NCBI GenBank assembly: GCA_965140415.1
Contig: OZ223209.1
Location: 1,376,001-1,440,000 of the forward strand
Direction of reading: 5' to 3'
DNA from: Myxococcota bacterium
GTDB lineage: Bacteria > Myxococcota_A > SURF-8
DNA: 64,000 nucleotides
Under the pieces are notes generated by a model that was not told the origin of the DNA, searched no databases, and saw nothing but the letters and a program-made list of their open reading frames with translations. The translations under genes and the position numbers were made by a program. This document shows, piece after piece, positions 16,814 to 25,602 of this stretch. Position 1 is the stretch's first letter; every line of letters starts with the position of its first letter.

Positions 16814-17052
16814 TTGTTTTTGATTTATTCCGGATTTTTTATTGACCCATACCCAGTCGCAGGTCATGCAAATTTCTTGCCCGACACATGATAAGCATGT
16901 GGAGCGGGTCCGGAAATTAGGTTCCGACTGAGGAATTCGTAGGCTCCACCTCTCTCACCCTTCATAGCGGAAGTTTCACTTGCCTTTCAAAAAGCCGGGG
17001 GGTAGACTAACATACTGTAAAAGGGAACTATTTTCGGCACAGGAGGGAGAAG

Positions 17053-17508
17053 ATGCAGGAAAGCGGCAAGCGGATCGAAATCTTTTTCCAGGCGCGTCAG
17101 CTACAGGTTCGCGATTTGACGTACATCCTGAACAACCTGACCAGCGCTTTTCGCCACGCGGTGTTTCAACTGAATGACAGCCTGGGCGCTACCCTGAACC
17201 GCGATGAATACGTGCTGCGCCTGTCCGAAATGAATCATGGAAAAACCACTACGCTCTCTTTGCGTGTGGCCGCAACGAAAAAGGGCGTGCAACTGGCTTC
17301 GCCGGAGGCGATCGAGTCGCTGCGCTCGGAGTTGACGGCGGAACTGTTCAAGGTGCTTTCGGTGGGCGACGTGCACAAAAGGCTGCTTTCCTTCCGAAAA
17401 GCCATCGTTAAAAAAGCGCCCCGTATTTCAAAGTTTACTGTTCGTTTGATCAGCACCTCCGCTGCCGGCGAGGAAAAAATCGAAGGCGTGGAAAAGTGGA
17501 TCGATTGA
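17053..17508 (+). CDS. Hypothetical protein
   Basis: Strong RBS (aggagggaga), host-like codon usage, co-oriented upstream of mlaE; no recognised motif. Confidence 0.7.
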   Translation: MQESGKRIEIFFQARQLQVRDLTYILNNLTSAFRHAVFQLNDSLGATLNRDEYVLRLSEMNHGKTTTLSLRVAATKKGVQLASPEAIESLRSELTAELFKVLSVGDVHKRLLSFRKAIVKKAPRISKFTVRLISTSAAGEEKIEGVEKWID

Positions 17509-17542
17509 TGCGTAAGGATTATCTGCAACACCGGGAAAAGCT

Positions 17543-18355
17543 GTGCCAGTCTTGATCACCCTGTTCAACACCATTTTCCAATCCATCAAAGCGCGCCTGG
17601 AAGGCTTCGGCCTGTTCGGCATGATGATCTTCGACACGCTCGCCTGGACTTTCCGTCCGCCGTTTCGTTTCAAGCAACTGTTGCGACAACTGGAGTTTGT
17701 GGGCAGCAATTCGATGTCGATTATTCTACTAACAGGCTTTTTTACCGGTGCGGTGTTTGCCCTGCAATCGGTACTGGCTTTTCGCATCTTTAACGCCGAA
17801 AGCATGGTGGGTTCCACAGTGGCGCTGAGTTTAACGCGGGAACTCGCTCCGGTATTGACCAGCCTGATGGTCACCGGGCGCTGCGGCTCGGCCATGGCTG
17901 CGGAAATCGGCACCATGCGCGTTACCGAACAGATCGACGCGATGACCTCCATGGCGGTCAACCCGGTGCAGTATCTGATCGTCCCGCGTTTATGGGCGGC
18001 GGTGATTATGGTGCCGGTATTGACCATGGTATTCAACGCCATCGGCACGTTCGGAGCCTATGCGGTGGCGGTCTGGATCAACAACATCGATCGAGGCATT
18101 TTAATGGACAACATCTCCTGGTTCGTCGATCCGGCAGATATTTACATCGGATTGACCAAGGCGGTGATTTTCGGATTCATTATCGCCATGGTGGGCTGCT
18201 TTAAAGGATTCACCACCAAAGGCGGCGCACGCGGCGTGGGAATCGCCACGACGCAGGCTGTGGTCGTTGCCAGTGTGACGATTTTAGTGGCCGACTATTT
18301 CCTTTCGCAGTTGATCAACACGCTTTTCGAGCAGAAAACCTGGCTCGTATATTAG
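17543..18355 (+). CDS. mlaE: MlaE lipid-asymmetry ABC permease
   Basis: RELAPVLT, GSAMAAEIGTMRVTEQIDAM, VPR, GGARGVG.ATTQAVV. Confidence 0.95.
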   Translation: MPVLITLFNTIFQSIKARLEGFGLFGMMIFDTLAWTFRPPFRFKQLLRQLEFVGSNSMSIILLTGFFTGAVFALQSVLAFRIFNAESMVGSTVALSLTRELAPVLTSLMVTGRCGSAMAAEIGTMRVTEQIDAMTSMAVNPVQYLIVPRLWAAVIMVPVLTMVFNAIGTFGAYAVAVWINNIDRGILMDNISWFVDPADIYIGLTKAVIFGFIIAMVGCFKGFTTKGGARGVGIATTQAVVVASVTILVADYFLSQLINTLFEQKTWLVY

Positions 18356-18366
18356 GATCGTTTGTC

Positions 18367-19101
18367 ATGGATACCGCCGTTCGCTTTGTCAACGTCACCA
18401 AACGTTTCGGTTCCCAGCTCGTGCTGGACGAACTCTGCCTGGACATTCCCAGGGGGCGCATCACGTATATACTGGGTCGCTCCGGTGTGGGAAAAAGCGT
18501 ATTGATCAAACACATCATCGGTTTGCTGAAACCGGATGCAGGGGAAGTCTGGGTAGACGGGCAGGACGTGACCAGGCTTTCCGAGGCGCGTTTGAATGAA
18601 CTGCGCATGAAGTTCGGCATGTTGTTTCAGGATGCCGCCCTGTTCGACAGCATGACGGCATATGAAAATATCGCGTTTCCTTTGCAGGAGCACCGCGCTC
18701 TCTCCGCGAAGGAAGAACGGGAAGTCGTTGCCAGTAAGCTGGCCCAGGTCGGCTTGAGTGGCGTGGAGGAAAAATTCCCTTCGCAACTTTCCGGCGGTAT
18801 GCGCAAACGTGTCGGATTGGCACGGGCCATTGCGCTGGACCCGGAAATCATTTTGTACGATGAACCGACTACCGGGCTGGACCCCTTGATGGTTCAGCAG
18901 GTGGACGAGTTGATCGTGAAAACGCAGGAACAGCAGAAAAGCACCAGTATTGTCATCAGCCACGATATTCCTACGGCGCTGCGCTCTGCCGATCTTATTG
19001 CCGTGTTGGATGCGGGAAAGATCGTAGCGTTGGGAGAACCGGAGGAAATCCGCAAGAGCGAGCATCCCTTCGTTAAGGAGTTTCTACTGGCCGGGAATTG
19101 A
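18367..19101 (+). CDS. mlaF: MlaF/Mkl ABC ATP-binding protein
   Basis: GRSGVGKS, FQDAALFDSM, LSGGMRKRVGLARAIALDP, DEPTTGLDP. Confidence 0.93.
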   Translation: MDTAVRFVNVTKRFGSQLVLDELCLDIPRGRITYILGRSGVGKSVLIKHIIGLLKPDAGEVWVDGQDVTRLSEARLNELRMKFGMLFQDAALFDSMTAYENIAFPLQEHRALSAKEEREVVASKLAQVGLSGVEEKFPSQLSGGMRKRVGLARAIALDPEIILYDEPTTGLDPLMVQQVDELIVKTQEQQKSTSIVISHDIPTALRSADLIAVLDAGKIVALGEPEEIRKSEHPFVKEFLLAGN

Positions 19102-19239
19102 TGCGGCCATCAAACACGGGCAAACCTGCGGTTTAGCCCGCGCCACCCTGAAATCAACAAGTGCTTTTCGGCTGGCTTACACCTCGCCGCTACACCTCAA
19201 AATGACGGCGCTAATCGACCGCTAAAATTGGATTCGTTT

Positions 19240-19980
19240 TTACCCTTTGAACATGATGGCGGTTCCGGCAAAGAGCAGCACGGAATAAACGAAGATGCGG
19301 AAGCCCCTTTCGGGGAGCTTGTTGTGTATCCCTTCGCCGATAAAAATGCCCAGCGCCAATGCGGGCGAGAGTTGCAGGCTGATCATTAAGGTCGATGAGT
19401 CGATGCGCCCTGCGGTCAAATGGCCGATAAGCAGGATGAGGTTGAGGATCAACCAGACGGCGCTCAAAGTGCTGCGAAACACCCGTTTGTCCGGTAGCGA
19501 ATAGCTGGCCCAGTACGCGATTAGCGGACCGCCCGAAACCCAGAGTCCTTGAACGACGCCGCCGACCAGCAGCCACAATCCGGATGCTTTCGACTTCGGG
19601 TCGGAAAGATTCTGTGGAGGATTATGGAAGTGTCTATATAGCTCGAAAAGCGCCAGGAAGAGCACGAAGGCGCCGAACAGCGGCTTCATCCATCCCGCTT
19701 CCGCCTGGCCGAACAACCACAAGCCCAGCGGCATTCCGGCGATGGTCAGTGGAAGAATGCGCTTGATCAGCGCCTGCACATCGATGCCGCTGCGATGGCG
19801 TATTGCCAGATAAAGACAGATCACGATGTTCAACGGAACGATCACCGGGACCATCAGCGAAATGGGAAAAAGCAGCACGGAGAAGGTCAGGGAAATAATC
19901 GCGCTGCCGAAACCGACGGCTGCCCCTACCATGTAGCCGATCAAGATAATCGGAAAGAGCGCGGCATATTCAAACGACAT
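19240..19980 (-). CDS. TauE/SafE sulfite-exporter family membrane protein
   Basis: GAAVGFG in the N-terminal half and GGVVQG..SGGP in the C-terminal half; multiple TM helices. Confidence 0.85.
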   Translation of the reverse strand: MSFEYAALFPIILIGYMVGAAVGFGSAIISLTFSVLLFPISLMVPVIVPLNIVICLYLAIRHRSGIDVQALIKRILPLTIAGMPLGLWLFGQAEAGWMKPLFGAFVLFLALFELYRHFHNPPQNLSDPKSKASGLWLLVGGVVQGLWVSGGPLIAYWASYSLPDKRVFRSTLSAVWLILNLILLIGHLTAGRIDSSTLMISLQLSPALALGIFIGEGIHNKLPERGFRIFVYSVLLFAGTAIMFKG

Positions 19981-19996
19981 CGAAAATCCCCTGCAT

Positions 19997-20839
19997 TCAA
20001 GCGGATATACGCGCAGCAACGCCACGCGAGAGGAACATCACTCCGGTTACGACCAGTAACATCAGTAACACCTGCGAAAGCGTGGGAAAGATACCATAAA
20101 TCGCGATTTCCAGAAACAATGGCGTTAGAATCGTGGCGGAATTCACGGCGGATACGACTTCGATGGCCCGGCTTTTTAGAAAACCGAATTGCGTAATGAC
20201 CGTGGCGGAGGCGGCGAACAGCAGTGCGACATAAGGGTAGGGGTTATCCAGTTGGCCGGAAAAAGAGCCGCCCGCTTCCACGAGGGCGATGTCCGCAAGA
20301 AAAATGGCCAAGCCGATACAGGTACCCGCCAGACAACCGAAGGCCAGGCCATGAATGGCGCGGTAAAAGCGTGCGAGAAAGCAGGCGACTGCGCCAGCCG
20401 CAAGCAGGATGCCGATGGAGATGATCAGCCGCCCTAACGAAAAGTGACGCTCCGTGATCTCGTGGTTTCCGCCCAAATAAGCCAGGGCGGAGGTGCCTAC
20501 TACCACGAGAGCGATTCCGATGAAATCGCTTTTACCGAAACGCTCCCCGATGACGTTGACCGCATAGATTCCCAATCCGATCAGACCTACGCCGGTCATA
20601 GCCGAAACGGAAGACGGCGACTGCGAGAGCTTCAGTCCCAGCGAAAAGGGAATGGTTGCGCTGGCGGTCATTGCAAAACCCAGAATCCAGAAAATCAAGT
20701 CGCGCCGATGAGCGGAGGTCAAGATCAAGCGTCCGCTGGTGAACACATGCACGAATTGCTTCTGTACGCCTTTGCCGATGTTCATCAATAAGGCCGCGAC
20801 GATTCCGAGCATAAGCCCGTAAACAAACAGGTCGTTCAT
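19997..20839 (-). CDS. Multi-pass membrane protein, DMT-superfamily-like
   Basis: About 9 hydrophobic segments; GKGVQK and IGER patterns resembling DMT/NIPA-type transporters. Confidence 0.6.
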   Translation of the reverse strand: MNDLFVYGLMLGIVAALLMNIGKGVQKQFVHVFTSGRLILTSAHRRDLIFWILGFAMTASATIPFSLGLKLSQSPSSVSAMTGVGLIGLGIYAVNVIGERFGKSDFIGIALVVVGTSALAYLGGNHEITERHFSLGRLIISIGILLAAGAVACFLARFYRAIHGLAFGCLAGTCIGLAIFLADIALVEAGGSFSGQLDNPYPYVALLFAASATVITQFGFLKSRAIEVVSAVNSATILTPLFLEIAIYGIFPTLSQVLLMLLVVTGVMFLSRGVAARISA

Positions 20840-20847
20840 CGACTCTC

Positions 20848-22050
20848 CTATAGCAGCTTGGCCGCTTCGAGCATGAGTGTGTCGTTGGTGCCGTCCATAA
20901 TCGCCAGCAGTGGCGCGTCGCGGGAGTATTTTTCCAGTTTGTAATCCTTCGCGATACCGTAACCGCCAAGAACCTGGACCATTTCGGAGGTATGGCGAAT
21001 CGCGAGATCCGTGGTATGGATTTTACCCGTCACGCTGGTCAGCAGATCGCCGGGGAAGGCGTTCTGGCAATGCCAGCTTCCCTTCCACAACAGCGCTCGG
21101 CAGGATTCGATGGCCGTGCGACATTCGAACAGGCGCTTGGTGACGAGTTGATGTTCGATAATCGGTTTGCCCCACTGAACGCGTTCCTTGGCGTAAGCCA
21201 GCGCTTCTTCATACGCAGCGCGCATCAGGCCGACCGCCAGATAGCCGGTGCCCAGGTTTCCAACGGTCATGATGGAATGATGCAGGAAGGGATAGGCATC
21301 TCCCGGCGGGAAGATCAGGTGATCTTCGGGGACTTCGACATCATCGAAGTAAACCGGGGCCTGATTGAGTGCCCGCAGGCCGATGCGGTCTACGGCTTTG
21401 CCGCGCGTGACACCGTCTGCATCGCCCGGAATGATGAACGCGCCTGAACCCCGTATGCCCAGTTCGGGAGAGATGCAGGCGAAGATGATGTAGTTTTTGG
21501 CGATTCCGCCGTTACTGACGAAGTTCGATTTCACCCCGTTGATGACGTAGCGGTCGCCTTTTTTGACGGCGGTGGTGCGATGGCGCACTTTCGGATCGAA
21601 ATAGTTTTTTCCGTCCGAGCCGATATCGGGTTCGCTGCTGCCCCAGGCGGTGATGGCGTTGCCGGTTTCATCTTCGCAGTAGGGGCGCACGTACCGGTCG
21701 ATCAGGTCTTGATTTGTGGAGGCCAGAAATGCCGTAAGAGCCGGCACGACGGAGGCGGCCATCAGCGATGCGGTGAAGCCCGTTCCGTAGCGGGCAAGCT
21801 CTTCCCAAATCAGCGCGTTCGTTGTGGGTTCAAGCCCCAACCCGCCGAATTCTTCTCGGATGCCCATTTTGTGAAAACCGAGTTGAAAAGCCTGGGCCAT
21901 GGTCTTGCGGAAAAGCTCCGATTCGAACGCGGCTTGCGGGTCGGACATTTTATCCAGTTCGATTTCGGCGGGTTCCAGCATCTCTTTGCCGAAATCCCGA
22001 GCGGTCTTGACGAACTGAGTTTGAGTTTCGGATAGCGTAAAATCGATCAT
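20848..22050 (-). CDS. Acyl-CoA dehydrogenase family protein
   Basis: EEFGGLG, SEPDIGSD, INGVKSNFVSNG, YAKERVQWGKPI, QVLGGYG, RDA..LAIMDGT. Confidence 0.93.
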   Translation of the reverse strand: MIDFTLSETQTQFVKTARDFGKEMLEPAEIELDKMSDPQAAFESELFRKTMAQAFQLGFHKMGIREEFGGLGLEPTTNALIWEELARYGTGFTASLMAASVVPALTAFLASTNQDLIDRYVRPYCEDETGNAITAWGSSEPDIGSDGKNYFDPKVRHRTTAVKKGDRYVINGVKSNFVSNGGIAKNYIIFACISPELGIRGSGAFIIPGDADGVTRGKAVDRIGLRALNQAPVYFDDVEVPEDHLIFPPGDAYPFLHHSIMTVGNLGTGYLAVGLMRAAYEEALAYAKERVQWGKPIIEHQLVTKRLFECRTAIESCRALLWKGSWHCQNAFPGDLLTSVTGKIHTTDLAIRHTSEMVQVLGGYGIAKDYKLEKYSRDAPLLAIMDGTNDTLMLEAAKLL

Positions 22051-22059
22051 CCTATCCTC

Positions 22060-22824
22060 CTATTCGCCGCTGCTGAAGTCGGTCATTTTAAAGTAATGGG
22101 GTAAAAAGCTTTCCTGGTCCACTTCCTGAAGGATCTTGCCCGGCAGCATCGTGTTGTGACTGACGATATGGAAAGCCATGATGACGCTTAGCCCGTCCAG
22201 TTCATGCCAGGGATCGGTTTCGGAAGGTTGGAACGTGACTTGTGCGCTACCGATTTCGAGTTCGACCAGGTCGATCTCGGTTTTCTGCTCGGCCAGGAAC
22301 ACGGGACCGTCGAAGCCGGGCTTCAGATCGATGCGGGGCATCCCCTTGAAAAGATAGGTCGGACCGCTCACCGGAAGTTCCGGTAACGTGCCGGACAACT
22401 CGCCTTTGATCTCCAAGAAGCGCACACCGTTGCGTTCGACCCAGCCGTGGATGCGGTTGCCGTCCTTTTCGTAATGGATATTCGCCATCTTTTTCGGGAA
22501 GCCGAAAATGTCCCGCCCGTTGTAATTGCGCGCTTCATTGTTTATCGGCATGGAAAGACAGTATGCACCCGGTTGTCCCTTGTACTTGCAGCGGATAAAC
22601 AAAGCCGCTTCGTGATAGCCCGGTCCGAGATTGGTTTTAGGATATTCGGCGATGAAGATCAATCCACCGGGCATGTCCGCCTGTTCCAGCGGCGCGGGAA
22701 GCAGGGGCGCGGTCTGTTCGGCTGGCGAGGAAAACATCACGCCCATCATCTTGGCATTCTCGAAGCGCCGCACGCCCAGTGCGTAGTAACGTTCCAACTC
22801 TTCGGTAGTTTTCACAAAGCCCAT
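22060..22824 (-). CDS. Acetoacetate-decarboxylase (ADC)-family protein
   Basis: LLPAPLE, YHEAA, GRDIFGFPKK (Schiff-base Lys motif). Confidence 0.88.
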   Translation of the reverse strand: MGFVKTTEELERYYALGVRRFENAKMMGVMFSSPAEQTAPLLPAPLEQADMPGGLIFIAEYPKTNLGPGYHEAALFIRCKYKGQPGAYCLSMPINNEARNYNGRDIFGFPKKMANIHYEKDGNRIHGWVERNGVRFLEIKGELSGTLPELPVSGPTYLFKGMPRIDLKPGFDGPVFLAEQKTEIDLVELEIGSAQVTFQPSETDPWHELDGLSVIMAFHIVSHNTMLPGKILQEVDQESFLPHYFKMTDFSSGE

Positions 22825-22858
22825 TGTCTTACCTCCATGATTCTTGTTGGTTGCCGTT

Positions 22859-24697
22859 TCAGGAAAACTTTTTATACATCCCGATTTTCGAGGACTGCGC
22901 CTTCAAGATGGCCCACTCTACGAAACCGGGTGACAAGCGGTAAATCATCCAGCCCAATACGCCCACCTTCGTCATGATCAAGCGGCGTTTCCGTTTTCGG
23001 ATCATGTCGACGATCAGTGAAGCGGCATACGCCTGGGTATGGTGTGCGGGCCGATCCGGAGGCACCGGTGTGCCGTCTGCGGCGAGGATGCGCTTTTCCG
23101 GGTCGTGTTCGGTAAAGCCGAGATACACGACGCCCGAATGTACGCCGTCTTCCGCCAGTTCCAGGCGCAGCGATTCGCTGAATCCAGTTAGAGCGCTTTT
23201 ACTGGCGCAATACGTGGACGCGCCGGGTAAGCCGAACAGGCCTGCGATACTGGAAACGAAAACAACGTTACCCTTGTTCTTTCGCAGGTCGTCGATGGCG
23301 GCAGAGGTGGGATAGATACAGCCCATCAGGTTGGTTTGAATCGTCTGTGCGCAGACCTCCGGGGCAAGTTCGTGAAATCTGCCACGCATGGAAACCCCGG
23401 CATTGTTCACCAGAATGTCCACCGGGCCGAACGCTTCACGCGCTTTGGCGACCATGTTTTGAGCGTCATCCCAGTTGCCGACGTCCCCGGTGACCGCTTC
23501 GACCTGGCCTCCGAGTGTCCTTAATTTGGCGAGAGAATCCATCAGCCGGGTTTCCCCCCGAGCGGAAATGACGACCTTGGCCCCGCGCTTCACGAATTCG
23601 CGCGCCAACGCGTATCCGACCCCGCGACTCGCGCCCGTTACCAACACGACGCGATCCTTGAATTCATCGCGGAGGTTACTGAAAATATGGCCGTATCGCA
23701 TCAGGCTGCGCAAGGTTTCCGCAATGCCCGTTTCGATGGGTGTCTGGGGCAGGTCGAGTTCACGTATGGCTTTTTGTGAACTGTAGTAGGTGCCGCAGAT
23801 GGCAAGCTTTGCCAGAGTGCGGTTCAAACCGATACTTTTACCGGTCAGTGTTGTGATGAAACTGCCCAGCAGGCCGATCAGGAGAATCAAAAAACGCGGC
23901 AGCACGTACTTGGGCGGCGTGACACCGATTTGGCGTGCGACCTGGGTGAAGAAATCCTTATAGGTCAGGTTCGGTCCGCCGAGAATGTAGCATTCTCCGT
24001 TACGACCCTTATGCAATGCCGAGATCATGGCATCGGCGACATCCGGTGCGTAGGCGAAGTTGCGGCCACCCGCCGTGACTGCTTTCATCTGACGCACGAT
24101 GAACTGGCGGATCAATTCGCCTGAACTGGGACGCCAGTCGAGATCGCCAAGCATGAATGTCGGTGAAACGACGACGGCTTCCAGTTTCTTTTCATTGACG
24201 TACTGCAATACGAGATTCATGGCGCTGTGCTTGGATTCCATGTACGCAACGCCGTGGTAGCCTTTGGCCATCGGAGTGGTTTCGTCGCCCGGCTTCTCGA
24301 TAGAGCCGTAGCCGAAGGAACTGGCCGACCCGGTGAAAATCAGGCGGGTAACGTTCTTGGCCACGCAGGCATCCAGCACTTTCCGAGTCCCCTCAAAATT
24401 GACCTTCCACGTCAATTCGGAACTGGCCCACATATCCGTGATCGCCGCCAGGTGAAACACATAGGTGCAGCCGTCCATGCACTCCGCCAGCCCGTCGCCT
24501 TCGTCGAGCAGATCGCCTTCGACTCGCTCGATGTTCAGCCCGTCCAAGGTGGGACTGGTGCTCCCCTTTTGACTGAGAACCCTGACCTGGTACTGTTGTT
24601 CCAACAGTTTGCGGACCAGGTGGCTTCCCAGCAAGCCATCGGCACCGATGACGAGTACCCGTTCTTTCAAGTTGTCCGTTTCTGCAACCATATTCAT
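22859..24697 (-). CDS. Fusion of extended SDR (HpnA/dihydroflavonol-reductase-like) and classical SDR
   Basis: N-half GADGLLG, FHLAA, YMESK; C-half TGASRGVG, NNAG, YCASK; ATGA overlap with the activase stop (alternative start 24691). Confidence 0.9.
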   Translation of the reverse strand: MNMVAETDNLKERVLVIGADGLLGSHLVRKLLEQQYQVRVLSQKGSTSPTLDGLNIERVEGDLLDEGDGLAECMDGCTYVFHLAAITDMWASSELTWKVNFEGTRKVLDACVAKNVTRLIFTGSASSFGYGSIEKPGDETTPMAKGYHGVAYMESKHSAMNLVLQYVNEKKLEAVVVSPTFMLGDLDWRPSSGELIRQFIVRQMKAVTAGGRNFAYAPDVADAMISALHKGRNGECYILGGPNLTYKDFFTQVARQIGVTPPKYVLPRFLILLIGLLGSFITTLTGKSIGLNRTLAKLAICGTYYSSQKAIRELDLPQTPIETGIAETLRSLMRYGHIFSNLRDEFKDRVVLVTGASRGVGYALAREFVKRGAKVVISARGETRLMDSLAKLRTLGGQVEAVTGDVGNWDDAQNMVAKAREAFGPVDILVNNAGVSMRGRFHELAPEVCAQTIQTNLMGCIYPTSAAIDDLRKNKGNVVFVSSIAGLFGLPGASTYCASKSALTGFSESLRLELAEDGVHSGVVYLGFTEHDPEKRILAADGTPVPPDRPAHHTQAYAASLIVDMIRKRKRRLIMTKVGVLGWMIYRLSPGFVEWAILKAQSSKIGMYKKFS

Positions 24698-25602
24698 CCT
24701 CCCCATATCGGCTGGCAGCCTGCCAATTGAAATGCATCCACGATGCGTTGCCTGTCTTTTTCCTGTACGTTCTCGAAAGAACGGTAGTCGTTTATACGTC
24801 CGGTTCGTTCGTATTTTCCTTTGGCCCAGCCGTGGTAAGGCAATAGGTCCACGCGACCCGTATAACCGGCCTTTGCTAGAAAGGCGGACATCGTTTCGAT
24901 GCTGTGGTTATCAGTGTTGAATTCCGGAATGAGCGGAATGCGCATGATCAATTTGTCGGCTGCAGTCGAGATCAACTGCTGAAGATTTGCCATGATGGTG
25001 TCGTTACTGACACCAGTGTAACGGCGATGTGTTTCGGGATCGTGATGTTTGAAATCGAAGAGGAATAGGTCTACAGCGGAGATAAGTTCCGGGAGGAGGT
25101 TCGTGTTGAAATGTCCGCAGGTTTCGATGGCGGTATGTATGCGTTCGCTTTTCAAGCGCGCCAGGATCTCGAGCAGAAACTCGGGTTGGCGCGTCGGTTC
25201 GCCTCCACTGAAGGTCACGCCACCACCGGATGACTCATAGAATGGGCGATCGGCCAGCAAGAGCGGCATGAGATCGTCTGCATCCATGTCATATCCGATG
25301 TATTCCTGCGCCGATTCGGTGCAGGTTTCCACACAGGTTCCGCAGACTGTACAGCAGTTCAAATCCCTGCTGATGCGGCCATCGGTCAAGGATAAGGCTT
25401 GCTCGGGGCAAGTCTTCACGCAGTTGCCGCAGCCGATGCAGGTTCGGCTGCGCCAGCCGATTTCTTTCTTGTCGGATTGCGACTCGGGGTTGTGGCACCA
25501 TGCGCACTGCAAAGGACAGCCCTTTAAAAAGACGCAGGTACGGATTCCGGGGCCGTCGTAGATGGCGTTGTACTGGATGTCGAAAAGAACGCCAGTGGTC
25601 AT
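24694..25602 (-). CDS. Glycyl-radical enzyme activating enzyme (radical SAM, ferredoxin insert)
   Basis: DGPGIRT, CPLQCAWCHNPES (CX3CX2C), CIGCGNCVKTCP and CTVCGTCVETC, GGVTFSGGEP. Confidence 0.97.
   Translation of the reverse strand: MTTGVLFDIQYNAIYDGPGIRTCVFLKGCPLQCAWCHNPESQSDKKEIGWRSRTCIGCGNCVKTCPEQALSLTDGRISRDLNCCTVCGTCVETCTESAQEYIGYDMDADDLMPLLLADRPFYESSGGGVTFSGGEPTRQPEFLLEILARLKSERIHTAIETCGHFNTNLLPELISAVDLFLFDFKHHDPETHRRYTGVSNDTIMANLQQLISTAADKLIMRIPLIPEFNTDNHSIETMSAFLAKAGYTGRVDLLPYHGWAKGKYERTGRINDYRSFENVQEKDRQRIVDAFQLAGCQPIWGG

Noticed and set aside
16899-16950. tRNA/tmRNA-like end (gtggagc...gctccacc) as an att site
   Set aside because: Too short, no T-loop consensus, no second copy and no integrase.
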